Source: the human T2T-CHM13v2.0 reference genome, Homo sapiens
Length of the DNA: 64,000 nucleotides
Assembly (NCBI RefSeq): GCF_009914755.1
Contig: NC_060948.1
Reading direction: 5' to 3' (one strand)
Part shown: positions 33,966 to 48,942 of the stretch, piece after piece
Numbering within the stretch: the stretch's first letter is position 1
Layout: every line of letters begins with the position of its first letter
Translations under genes and position numbers: made by a program
Notes under the pieces: generated by a model
What the model was told of the DNA's origin: nothing
Databases searched by the model: none
Seen by the model: only the letters and a program-made list of their open reading frames with translations

Positions 33966-35252
33966 TTACTTTTAAAACCAAGTACTAGCTCATCTCTAAG
34001 TAATACTATTTAAGTAGGCAAAAGCCCCTGGAGGTAGCCTGAACTTTTTATTCTCTTAGCTGAGGGGACAGAACAGAAATGATATGACACTTACAGAAAC
34101 CCCTATGTGGCCTGGCCTCATTGGAATTTTTTCTGTTAGTTAAATCAATACCATTTTTTCTATTGATTAAAAACAAAATTATTCATATGATGGGTTCAAG
34201 AAAACAAATTATTTCCCTAATGGACAGTGTAGATCCGGACTAGAAGCAAACAAGGATCTTCTATCCCTCACACATCTCAACACTCAAGCAAAAACTCAAA
34301 GAAAACAATGATACTAATGGCCACATCATGCACCGTGCTCACACAAGGATGCCAAGAGGCTTAATATGTGTTCCTTACCTGGACCCTTTTCACTGGATCA
34401 GAAATACGGATGTCTTAGTCTGATAGGCATCCTCTGCTAATGCATTTTAAATGATTGAATCAATAATTTGATGGGCCACTTTTTATAAGATGCTATGATA
34501 CCCTATGAAGCACTATTAAAATATTCATTTTTCTGCACACCAGATAAGGCCCAATTGTTCATAACCAATATTGGTTCTCTGGCAAAAGGAGTAAAGGCAG
34601 CCCTCTAGATATTCCTCACTGATATTCCATTTCTCAGTGGCTACGGAGACATGAGTAGGAAGGAAATCTGGGTCCCTGCACCCACGATCTTGGTGCCATC
34701 AAAGTGCCACTGCTGGAAGGTTCCTGGGCACCATCTGAGACCAACCCCACTGTGAGGCTGAAGGAGGCTGATCAGAACAGTGGTCCTCCACCTCCTCCCT
34801 GACTTCCCAAGTCATCTTCTATTTATGTGGAATTATTCCCATAACTGGGGCCAGATGATCCCACCCTGGGAAGACTGGGGAAATTCCCAGAATGCTGACC
34901 TGAAAGTCCAATTTTCCCAATATTTCTACTGTTCCCATGTCACAAGCCTTTGGGCAAAATCTCCCAGGCTTGAGAGATTTCAATCCAGCCTGGATCACCT
35001 CTCCACTTCCTCCATCCCAGAGTGAAATTAAAAATCCCATCTGCTGTCAATGAGGAGTCCCTTCAGGCCCTAAAGTTTAGGGAGAGGAATCCCTATCTTG
35101 ACTTCTTCACTGTCATCCTGGCACATCAGTTACTTCAAACAACCCAATTTCAAGAACTGATAGACCTTCATTTCTGGACACACCAAAAACAAGCAAATTC
35201 CAGAGGATCAGCTTCAGGGTGGCAGAATGGAATGAGTAAAAGCCAACCACGA

Positions 35253-35584
<332 letters not shown>

Positions 35585-36558
35585 TCACCATTAGCTCAGC
35601 CAGGACTGGCAAGGGAGTGCCAACTGGAGAATCTTATCCTCTGTTCCTTAGCTGTTTAGATGTATAAAGCCTGAGGGCTTTGCACCTAATTAGGGTTTCA
35701 GAGCTTTGTTTTTCTTTCATCTAATTACATTTGCCCTGTGGGGAAGAGCCTCTGTCCAGGAGGCATTGCTCTCCGAAAATCTGTCTCAGCCCAACAACAG
35801 GTGCGAGAAAGTGAACAGCTCCTCTCCCCACCAATGTGGTGAGATGCCGAGCCAGGCCCTGGCTTCTTCTTGCTCCTCTCCTTTCATTATCTCTAACTCT
35901 AGTGTCAGCCCTCAAGCAGTCCCCTGCTTTGTCACCCCTGGCAAGGTGGGGAATGTTCTCTTAACCTGCAGCTTTCTCCTTCGGGAACAAAGCGCAGCCT
36001 CTTAGCAGCTAGCAATCAACTCCTGTGCTCAGGGCCTTCCAGCCAGACCTTCTGCAGTGCACCCTGGTAGGGGGTAAATTATCCTGAGCTTGGAAAATGT
36101 GACTGAAATCACCTCCGACAGAGGAAAATGGGTTTTCATAAAAAATGTTTCCTCACCTTTGGTTGCAACTCAATTCAACTGACCATTTCCCACCCTGGAT
36201 CTCAAAAGAAATTTCTGCTTTGCTTCTGGGTATGAGCCCGGGTGATAATGAAAGGTACTTAGGAAGCCAGGCCTATTGAAGCAGCGTAGCCCTCAGAGGG
36301 GCATGGCTGACTTGGCTAAGAGTAGGACAGGGTGTGGGGTTGAGGAATCCATGGGGACTCAGGGCATCCTGTCGCAGACACAGGAGCTGACCCAGCCACA
36401 GGGTCACAGGACAGCCTGTGTCACCACAGTCTCTGTGCAGAGTTCAGAGTTTACAAATGAGATAAATGGACATTTGCTGACTGGGGTAACTCAGCATCAA
36501 TTCACCCTATTTCTGGGAAAAGCCTCAATTTACATGTGGGAATGGACCATCCCCTTAT

Positions 36559-37214
36559 TGTTATAGGAGTTATAAAGAAATTATTTTAGGCAGATAGAGA
36601 GGAAAAGAGGTCCTTGGGAAGTTTTTGTTTCTTTTAAAGCAGATCCAGAAACCTTTCTTGTCTAACAGGAGAGCACCAGCTCTAAGAGCCACTGGCAGGT
36701 TTGATATGCAAATGCAGGCCACTGGAAACTGAGTCCACCCAAACATGGAGATTTCAGGTTTCTTCCTTGCCCCAACAGGTGGCTGGCAACATGGCTGCCC
36801 CCACATATCCCCACGTGTGTAGAACATCATGGCGCCCTGCATTTGCATCTTAAAAGGCTAGAGTGTGAGGGCCAGCTTTTTCTCAGGCTATGTGAATGAC
36901 ATGCCTGGTCAAACCAATCCTCTGAGCCCTGTGCAAGCCAGTACCGCCTCCTCCAGCCTCCTCATATAAGTAGCTGATTACACCACACACACGCCCTCTC
37001 CCCACATCCCTTCTCTCCACCGGAGTTTTCTCTCTGTTCAAATCCCCTCTCCCTCTGTCTCTGTACTGGGGACCTGTTTTCTTCTTCCTTCCTTCTTTCT
37101 TGTATATTAAACTTTTCGCTCCTTAAAACCATTCCAGGTGTGTCCGTGTCATTTTATCCAAAAGTGTGCTAGACCAAGAACCCTGGTGTTCCTCCAGTCA
37201 TCTGAGCCATATCA
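36559..37214 (+). mobile_element. ERV1 solo LTR (LTR9B-like)
   Basis: tgttataggagttataaagaaattattttaggcagatag...gagccatatca; perfect TSD ttat; octamer motifs at 36706-36713 and 36841-36848. Confidence 0.8.
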
Positions 37215-38498
37215 TTATCTCATTCCATTTTTGATGGCACTAACCACCAGCATACCATGCTCCATCAGAACAGTCATCCTCCTGAGCTCTGTGAATGGCT
37301 CAGGATGCAAAAGTGAGAGAAAAATGTAGCCAAGTGAGGAGGCAGAGAGAAACTGCCTCCTGGTAACACAGTGTGTGCCCCTGGATCAAGCCATGCCTGA
37401 AGACAGTTTATTCTGAACTTTTACAATAAGTGCTCTTTTTGTTTAAATCATTTTGGATTGGGTTTTTGTTCACTTGTAAGCAAAAGCACACTATGATAAA
37501 AGGGGATACAAGACAAGTATCACAAATCCAGAAATGGGAAGGGCACAACCCCAGAGCCCAGGCCAGTCAGGGAAGTGAAGAAACAGACAGCATCTGAGAT
37601 GCCTATGCCCAGTATCCAGGGGCTAGGTCCATGGTCTTTGAGCCTTAAGATGCAGGAGATCCCTGTGGGGAACTTCACAACAGCATAGATTCCCACTCAT
37701 TCCCACAGCCAATTCTCATCCTTAAGTCTGGAAGGGGAATGAGAGGTTTGGTTTTTAACCAATATCCAGGCAATTTGGAAGCAGATAACACAGAGAATAC
37801 TTTGAGAAACACTTCCCTACACTCTGAGCTGGGAGTTAAAGGACAGGGTTCCAGTCTCTGCGGTGAGGCAGTGGCAAGAGCTCCATGGGCGGGAAGAATA
37901 TTAGGCCAGAGCTTAGAACAGGACTGCAGAAGCAAGCATGGAATGGAAGCACATCTGATGATCTGTGACATACAACGAGCCTGCAGATCACAGGCAATGA
38001 TTTTTGGAAACTCATCACACAGTAGTTTGAAGCAGCAGGAACGATTTGATCCAAAGTGCCATGAGAACACTTCCGAGTCTACAAATGCTTTCATAGGTCA
38101 ATCTAAGCTGTTCCTCCCAACCAACCTGTCTGGCAATTAGAAATTAGGAAATTAAAACTCAGAGTGTCTAAATAGCACACACAAAGCCACACAGCTCACT
38201 GGTTCAGTAGCCTAGACCTGGGTCCCAGTCTGTCTGACACCAAACCCCACACTTTTCAAATAATTCTCCCTTCCACTGGGGGAAGGGCTGGGTCTCAGGA
38301 AAGGTCTAAGGGACACACAGTGTGGGGATCAGTGAGACCCTACTCAGCAGGCCCAGATGAGGGAAGGGGATGCTCCACCTGACTGCGCAGGAAGGCAAGG
38401 CCATTTTAACTTTGCAGCATCTTCAACTCATCTGGCTCAAGAAATCCCAGCCCAGCTTGACGATGGAGAGTGGAGGAAGACAGGGGCACCCTTGCAAG

Positions 38499-39565
<1,067 letters not shown>

Positions 39566-41119
39566 AGAGCAATGGAAATGATTTTCTTTGATCACAGTGT
39601 CAGCTCCTGACATTGGTTTGCGCCCATCTGTGCTGTGGACTCTTCCCTCGGAATGAGAGAGGGAGATGGCTCCCAGTGTGGTTGGAAGTCACCCCGCCCC
39701 ACAACAACACAGTGCAACAGGCCCCAGCTTCACGCCCATTTCAGTTCAGGACAAGTTTTTTGGAGCATCTACTCTGGGCCAGGCCCGTAGGATACTAAGA
39801 TGAAATAGAGAGAGTTCCCGCCTTTGAAGGGTGGTGATTTACCAGTGGGGAGAAAGGAAGAGGCCCATGAAAAGTCGTGTCTGTAGAAGGTAAGAAGGGG
39901 CACAACCACCATGGCAGGGGAGTCACAAAGGAGAAGCATTCAGCCTGCCAAGAGGTCCCAGGAATTTCCTGGAGGATCAGTCCCCAAACTGACTGTGACA
40001 GGGAGCAATACCCAGGTAACAGCAGAGGCCCAGAATAAGAAAGAGTCTGTGAGTGGGCAGAATTCCCTCCAGGGCCATGAGGGGAGCTGACTTCTGATTA
40101 GGGCATTTCATCCTTCTCTGAAATGCAGCTGAGAACTGGTCAGCCTCACTCCCTTGCTGAGACCAATAGCAATCCCTGATGATCTTGCCACAGGTCCAGC
40201 AGGTGCCCCATCCACACTTTGTCCCCAGCCCCTACCTGGAAGCTCCAAACACCTACCTGAGGGGCCAACTCTGATTCCCAAGGAGGTGACACCTCCTGCG
40301 CCTTGTTGATAGAACATTGATAAGGAAATAGGACTGAGTTTTAAGCTTCTTCCCATGTCAAATATTTAAAGGCAATATAATGTTCATGTTTAAATAATAT
40401 TTCATGTGTAATTAAACAATCCCTTATTGTTAAATAGATGGGTTCCAATTTTGAACTGCTATAATCTGTGTATGTGTCCTTGATTAAATCCTTAAGAGAA
40501 ATCCCTAGAAACATTATCTTAGGGTCAAATGGCTTGGATAGTCTGTAAACTGCTGATAATTATGGGAAATTGCCTTCCAAGAAGGTTATAACAATTTGCC
40601 TGATCCCCAGCAGCAACAGACTTTACAAAGTACTCAGTATCTAATATTTAACTTTGATAAAGATAAGCTTCTCCCTTCTTTTTCACTTAAAATGCTGTGT
40701 CCCACCTCACTTTTCAGTGCCTCTTCACACTGACAAGACGGTTGGCTAATACTTCAGAGCTTGCAGAACATTTTCATACACTTTTAATCCTCCTAACAAC
40801 CGTGAGAGATGGAGCTTACTATTACCATCCTTGTTTGCAAATGAGGCCCTGAAAAGTTGAGTGATTTCTGTAAGGTCTCAGAGCCAATACACACTGGTAA
40901 TGAAATAAAATGCAAGGCCCCTTATCTTTGGAGCCCAGTGTTCCTTCCACATAGGTGGTTCTCCACCCAGGCTGCCCAGGAGAATGTGGAATCTCCAGCA
41001 GTTCTGACTTAACTGGCCTGGTGTGGATGTCTGTGATGGGTGAACATTCCCAGACCCTTTTAAGAACCTGATAGAAGTGGTGGACCCACTTCCCAGAAAG
41101 AGGGACGCACAACAAAATA

Positions 41120-41585
41120 ATTGTCCTGAGTGGGTCTGACAGAATCAAGTGAACCCTTTAAATCTGGATCTAGAGGTCAGAGACTGAGAATGTCAGAGAT
41201 GCAAAAGAGATTCAGTGCAAGAGAAATCCTCCTACTGGTTTTGAAGATAGATGTTGGCACCCTGTGTCAACAACCTGAGAGTGGCCTTGAGTTGCTGGGA
41301 GCACCCCAGACTGACAAACAGCAAGAAGAATATGGGGACCTCAGTCCTACAACCACAGGAGCTGAATTCTACTGACAACCAGTGAGCTTGCAAAGAGGAC
41401 TTGGAGCCCCAGATGAGAAGCAACCCTGGCTACCCTGATCTCAACCCTATGAGATCCTAAACAGACAATCCAGCCATGCAACACCCAAACTTCTGACCTA
41501 TAGAAACCCTGAGATAATAAATGGGCATTGCTCTAAATCACCAAGTTTGTGGTAATTTGTTACACAGCCATAGGAAGTGAATCGA
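41120..41585 (+). mobile_element. MaLR LTR (MLT1E-like)
   Basis: ggggacctcagtcctacaaccacaggagctgaattct...aagtttgtggtaatttgttacacagc. Confidence 0.75.
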
Positions 41586-41726
41586 CCTGATGTATCTGAG
41601 CACCTGCTAGGTTATCATTAAGATTACTCTTCAAAGGTAAAAATTATTTTTCAAAATGTTTCTGCCCTACCTTCCGTGAGCATCTGGTGATGGATGGACA
41701 CACACACGTAAAGGTAGACTGTGTTT

Positions 41727-41929
41727 AGGTGGGCATGGTGGTGCATGCCTCTGGTCCCAGCTACTCAGGAGGCTGAAAGAGGAGGATCACTAGGGCCCAG
41801 GAGTTCAAGGCTGTAGTGAAGCTGTGATTGAGCCATTGCACTCAAACTTGGGCAACAGAGCAAGACACCAGCTCTAAAAAAATAAATAAATAAATAAATA
41901 AATAAAAACAAAAATAATAATAAAAAAAA
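41727..41929 (+). mobile_element. Alu right monomer (FRAM/AluJ) with (AAAT)n tail
   Basis: gggcatggtggtgcatgcc...cccagctactcaggaggctg. Confidence 0.85.
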
Positions 41930-43494
41930 CTGCTGAATGCTATAAATAAGATTGGAACTTGCTCTGCTTTTACAAGACCACTGTTAGATGACCACTGACA
42001 AGAAGACTGTGAGCTGGTCTCTGTAGGAAGCAGGGGCCTGGGCAGCTCTGGGGGCAGAGGAGACAGGCCTGGGGCAGAGACACCTCAGGGCATTTTCAGA
42101 AGACAGCCAAAGCAGCCATTCCAGCTTGCCCAGGTAGATGGCAAGTCAATGGGACATGATTCCAGGAAGGTAGGGAAAGATGGAATTCTGGAGAGCATTG
42201 GACCTCAGATTGGGAGTCTGAACGTCTTTCCATATGCATCAGGAAGCCATGGAAAATTCACAGACTGGAGTGACTTTGGCAAAGGTGGGATTTAGGAAGA
42301 CAGATCAAGGCACGGGATAGACCCATGGATGAATAGCCTTCTGGTCAGTTTGTGCCTGTGGTTTTCTATGCTGAGGAGGTGGGAATGTGCTGGGTTAGTC
42401 AGCTGTGGATTTGTGTCCCTGCCTCACCTCACTCCCCACTGTCGTGGATTTGTCAGCTCATCTGTAGTGCGATCCCTGAAGAAACACTCAGCTCACTCAG
42501 CTTGTTTCTAACCCAAAACACTCTGCAGGGCCCATCCTCTCGTCTTTGCCTGGGGATGCCAGACCATGCACTGCGGATGCCTTCCACCTTAGCACTAGTG
42601 GGCTAAATGATGACTGCCTTGCTGTCCCAACACCACCCATCAAAGGGAAGACATCACCACTGGGGTCAGTACAGCCCAAGTGACAAACTCTATTCCCTCC
42701 TTTCTCTCCATCCCATGGACCCTTGATTTGCTAAGTGGGAAGACACTTTCTCATGGTTCAACATCACCTAATCTGCACAATTGCTTCTGTAGGCTAACTC
42801 AGCCAGAAACCCTTGATATCTGGGCAAAAGTGCACATAACTTTTAAAAGGATTACTACTGCTTTTAATATTCCCTCTGTCTTAAGTCAGACCACCACCAA
42901 GGGCAGATCAGAGTTAATATTATATATCAAAGTCCTGCCATCAGCCTGTAGGATTTATTACTAACATCTGTCCACTTCAGAGCTATGGGAACCAATGGAA
43001 TTGGATCTAAGGTTTTGAGTTGGCTCTTGTGCATGGAAATTTGATGCAAACACTCTAATTTATTGGCCCTAAAGGGCTTTGGCAAGTCATTTTGGCAAGT
43101 CACCCACTGAACACAGAGTGAAATTTGCAGAGGTTTCCCCTCTGCTCGAACAGTGGTGTTCTCAGCACGTACAGGGAAGTTCTGACCCCTTCCAGCCAGG
43201 TGAGCTAGGGGATTTTGCCTACCCTTTCTGAACCTCAGTTTTCTCATCCATAAGATGGGAATAAAAACATGGTCCTGGATACATGTCTCATGCTAGGCAC
43301 TGAGGCAGGGTACTCTCTCCCCTGAATGCCTTGCTATTGACGCATCACCAGTAAGGCATGCATTCATTGCACAGAAACTTAGGCATATGCCTACCAACAT
43401 GCCCGATGTTGTGTGAGGCCTGACCCCTGTGAGGATGGACTTCCATCTGTGTGAATGGATTCATGAGACCAGCCCTCACTCTCAGGACTGAGGG

Positions 43495-43675
43495 CATTGG
43501 TGCTCTAACTTGTCTGAATATGGAATCAGCTGGAGAGATTCTGTAAATTACCAGTCCCATTCCCCCCCTGAGATGCTGATTTCATCGGTCTGATTTCATT
43601 GCAGCCTGGTCGTTGGGATGTTTAAAACTCTCCCTAGGAATTCCAATGTGCAGCCAAGTTTGCAACTACACGGAG
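43495..43675. mobile_element. MER5A-like DNA transposon
   Basis: tttaaaactctccctaggaattccaatgtgcagccaagtttg. Confidence 0.6.
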
Positions 43676-45004
43676 CCAGGTTAGTGGTGCGGTCAGCATG
43701 GTGATAATTGGGCTCATGAACCCATGACCTCAGCTTCATCAGGAGACCCACTGTAAGTACTGGCCCAACAGGAGGGAAAGGAGCTGAGTCAGATGATACC
43801 ACTGAGGGGCATGAGCAAATGAAAAAACAGGAACCCAGCCATGAAGCTCGGCCTGAGTGTTGGAGATGCCACTATAGAGACCCTGGTCTTAGCAATCCAG
43901 AATTTTCCCCAGTAGAAGGGAGAAGCAAAGATTATCCTGGCCGGGACTGTGTAAGGCCTTTGAAGGTTGACCATCCACCTCACCCTGCTGTTTCCCTCCT
44001 TCCCTGCAGAACAGCCATTCACCTGAATGTTCCAGGCTTTTGGTTAACAACCCCTGGTCTTTTATACCCATTCACACTCAAAATCAGGGGGAATTCCTTG
44101 AAATGGTTAAAATGCAAAAGTGAAATTTAGAAGCCCTACGAATGAACTAACAATCCAACAAAAAATTCCCAACACTTTAAGCAAATGCTTTTCAGGCAGA
44201 GCCTTCAAATTGCTACTGTCCCACTATCTTCTGGAATCGTGTGTGTGTGTGTATGTGTTTGTATGTGTGTGTAGAGGAACAGGTGAAGCAGCAACCATAA
44301 GATAGCCTACTTCAGGTCTGGCACCTGTTTTCACTGCTGTCATGCCCTCTTCACTGAGATCCTGACTTAAATATGTACACATGTGAATGCTGATTTCTTA
44401 GCATGAATTTTAACTCAGCTTCTGCTCGAGCATCAATGATTCCCAATTCCCATCAGAGTGAATGGCCCCTTCCTGGTCTCTACAGTCAGTCCTCTGAAGC
44501 TGCTCAGCTGCACCCCTGGGAGCTGAGGGGCCAACTCTGACTCCCAAGAAGGTGACCTCTGTCTGCCTTCCAGGGCCAGAGATGCAACATCACACACACA
44601 CACTGCCTTTGGAACGTATGATTAAGCTTTTGCCAGTAGCCTGACAGCTTCCAGCAGCTTTGTCTGACACTGTGTCTGCTTCTCTGTGCCAAAGTCACTG
44701 AAACAAAGGGACTGCAGATGTTGCTGTGAAGTCCTTCCAATTCTCTAGGACAGAGGAAAGCACTACATTGGGTGGGGGGTGGAGTGGGGATGATGGACTG
44801 TGGGAAACCGGCATGATGGGCATGAAACAATAAAAATGAAGCTGATTTTCTTCATACCACTTGCTGCCATAGAGATACATTTGTTTCTGTGTCCCTCTCA
44901 CTGGAATGTAAACTCCCTGAAAGCAAGGACTTGGCTTATTGCTGTATCCCAAGAGCCTGACACAGTGCCTGGCACATGGTAGACACTCAATAGATGTTTG
45001 AGAT

Positions 45005-45112
45005 AGGGAGGAAGGGAGAGAGAGAGGGAGGGAGGCAGAAAGGGAGGGAGGCAGAAAGGGAGGGAAAGAAGGAGCAAGGAAGGAAGGAAGGGAGGGAGAG
45101 AGGGGTGGAGGG
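45005..45112. repeat. Polypurine (GGGA/GGAA)n low-complexity tract after an L2 3' end
   Basis: about 105 nt almost entirely A/G following cagtgcctggcacatggtagacactcaata. Confidence 0.9.
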
Positions 45113-46165
45113 ACATAGACTGTGGAGTTGGATAGACTTGGCTTTAATCCTTTCTGTAGCAATTCTAGCTGTGTAAAAATACACGAGTGAGTCATTTATT
45201 TTCTTTGAGTCTCTTTCTTCATCATAGTACCAATTAACAGGGCTGAGGTAGAGAGTGATACATGTAAGGTTGCTAGCACTATTGGCAATCAAAACATGAG
45301 AGCTACTTATTTACATTGTGAGTATTGCTACTACTGATATTATCAGTTCTGGACATTACTAATGATGTGAGCACTGGTCTTTCATCAGAGATTACTGGAT
45401 AAGGAACATTTACCGTCTTGTCTCTGCTCATTGTGCTAAAGTTCCTTCTTTATCCAACAACACTTTCTCCTGTTTTCCCAATTTAGTGAAAGGATTAATC
45501 TTTTCACTCTCATTCTTCCTGTTTTGTTTCCCATAATATGGGTCCCATCCTTCCTCATGAGATGGGTATCTCAGCAATTGAGCCCACCCCACCCACATAT
45601 TTGACCCTGATCCAAGACCCTCATTTCTGGGAATGAACCCCAGATCAGCCATGATAGAGGATAGCCTGGTTTTATCTTGCTTCTGAGCAGGATCCAACAA
45701 TTCTCATAAAATTCTCCCCAGCCTGTTCAGTGGAATTGTCAAAGCATCATTTTCAAAAAGTGTAAACATGATTCTTATATAAGTCTATAGGGAGTGTGTA
45801 TAAAGATCTGTTTACTTCACAAAAGAAGGAACCAGAGGATGGTAAAGCTGTTTGAAAAGAGAATTGGAAGGAGAAAGATTTGGATAGACCATCAGAAACA
45901 GCATGCTGACATAAGTTTGCTAATTTGGAAACCTCACTCATTAATGTCCTGTAGAGTAATAAAATCTTTTTACAGGACAAAAATCATTTGTATCTCTACC
46001 AGACAAAAATTAACAGGTAACTTGGCAGAGTCTGGGCCCTAATCAATAGTAAATAGTAAGTCAAACAAAAGTACCTTCCCTTAGAGAGTTAAAAAAATCT
46101 TTGGTGGTTTGTTAGGCAACCTTCCAGTATGGCATTAGAAAGACGTGCAGTCATCCTATTTTTAA

Positions 46166-46475
<310 letters not shown>

Positions 46476-46981
46476 AAGTTCAGGAGACATTTTTAAAACA
46501 AAATTGGTCTCTCTCAGCGTGGTGGATGTCCCTGCAGAATTTAAAAATTCTATTATGTTCTAGATGTCTGATGCTGTCAATTCTCAATGGCCAGAAGAGG
46601 GCATCTGCCCAGATCAGTTCAGGTGTCTATCCCTGGTCAATCGCCTGTGCCCAGGGCAGCATATCAGGTACACAGGACTGTTTCTTCCCTGCTATTGGTA
46701 GAAGAGCTTTTCTAAGAAGGGGATAGGCTGGAATGGAAGAAAAGAGTCCAAAGAGGAAGGAACCACAACAGAAAGAGAATTGCTTTCCTTTCAGTTGTGG
46801 GAGCACCAGCTTAATGCCTCTTTTCCACATTTGCCCAGCAGAGGAAATGTTTGGGCCGAATGACAGAAAACCTAGGGTAGCCTCTTTGGTGCCTCCTGAC
46901 AATCACAGAAGCAGGCTGGGATCCTACCCAGGTATGGCAGAGCAAGTGAGCCCACCTAGGTGGGAATCCTTACCCTCCTAA

Positions 46982-47388
<407 letters not shown>

Positions 47389-48218
47389 TGGGGATTTCTA
47401 AGTCCACTTGGCTCTCTCCCCTCTGGGCCTCAATGGGCAGCATTTTATCTGTAGCCTTTTTATCTTATAATAGTTTAACTAATGGATCTATTTTGAGTAA
47501 GGGATATGTACAAATTCTTTTGTGATTCCAGGAGGAGATGAGAAGAACAAAGTGCAATTATAAAAATATCACTGTCACCATTATCTCCAATCAGCACATC
47601 ATTCACAGTGACAGTTCTAAGAGCTTTATATGGGAAAAGTGTAATCTATTGCAAATAGAGGGCCATCATTACTACTCTTAGGCTCCCTTTAGGATTAGGG
47701 ATGCAGGTTATCATCTAGGTCCTGCGGTCTCCTGGAGAGAGCAGGGAGCACCATCTCCATTAGTCGAAAGAAAGAAACGTAAATGTTATGAGATGAGACT
47801 AGGGCAATGATTCCCTGTTCTTGAGACAACCAGTCGATTCGGTGTTGAAGAAAAACTCAGTAAGCTTTGATGCCTTGCTCTTAACCTACAAACTTGGTAG
47901 AGCCACAGAAAGAACATGGAGCAAAATGAAGACATGGTTTAGTTCCTCTAAGGATCCTTTCATACTTAGGCATTGCTTAATCCAGTTGACTGATTTTTCA
48001 AAGAATCTTGCCATATCTGATTTGAAAGCACACAAAGTAGGTGGCTACTTCACGCCTCATCTCTTGGCTCTAGGATCATATTGGGATCAGGCTTTGGGAT
48101 CAGGTTCTTTGCAGATCAGAAATGGCATAGGGGAGTGTACCAGGAATCAGACAAACCTAAGCACACATCCAGATTCTGCCATTTTTTTTTTAGCTGTGTG
48201 GGAAAATCTCTTTGCTAC

Positions 48219-48510
48219 TGACATGGTTTGGCTCTGTGTCCCCACCCAAATCTCACGTTGAATTGTAATCCCCAGTGTTGGATGTGGTTTCTAATGGTTT
48301 AGCACCATCCCCCAGTGCTTTCTCATCATAGAGTGCTCATGAGATCTGGTTGTTTAAAAGTGTACAGCATTCCCGCTTTAGCTCTCTTCCTCCTTCTCCA
48401 GCCAAGTAAGACATGCCTCCTTCCCCTTCACCTTCTGCCATGATTGTGTTTCCTGAGGCCTGCCAAGCCATGCTTCCTGTATGGCCTGTGGAACTGAGAG
48501 TCAATTAAAC

Positions 48511-48571
<61 letters not shown>

Positions 48572-48727
48572 TTTTGTTGAGATGGAGTCTCGCTCTGTCA
48601 CTCAGGCTGGAGTGCAGTGGTGTGATCTTGGCTCACTGCAACCTCCACCTCCAGGATTCAAGCAATCCTCCTGCCTCAGCCTTCTGAGTAGCTAGGATTA
48701 CAGGTGTGTGCCACCACACCCAACTAA

Positions 48728-48760
<33 letters not shown>

Positions 48761-48942
48761 AGTAAACACGGGGTTTCACCATGTTGTCCAGGCTGGTGTC
48801 TAATTCCAGACCTCGTGGTCTGCCCACCTCAGCCTCCTAAAGTGCTAGGATTATAGGCATGAGCCACCACACCCAGCCCACCTCTTTTCTTTATAAGTTA
48901 CCCGGTTTCAGGTAGTTCTTCATAGCAATGCAGACTAATACA
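48219..48942 (+). mobile_element. MaLR solo LTR (MSTA-like) inserted in a MIR and split by an Alu
   Basis: tgacatggtttggctctgtgtccccacccaaatctc...cagactaataca; TSD gctac/actac. Confidence 0.88.
48512..48879 (-). mobile_element. Alu with (TTTC)n tail and (TG)n linker
   Basis: antisense Alu carrying two microsatellites. Confidence 0.95.

Noticed and set aside
44695-45195. 166-aa Pro/Ser/Leu-rich ORF
   Set aside because: Translation of the polypyrimidine strand of a low-complexity tract plus L2
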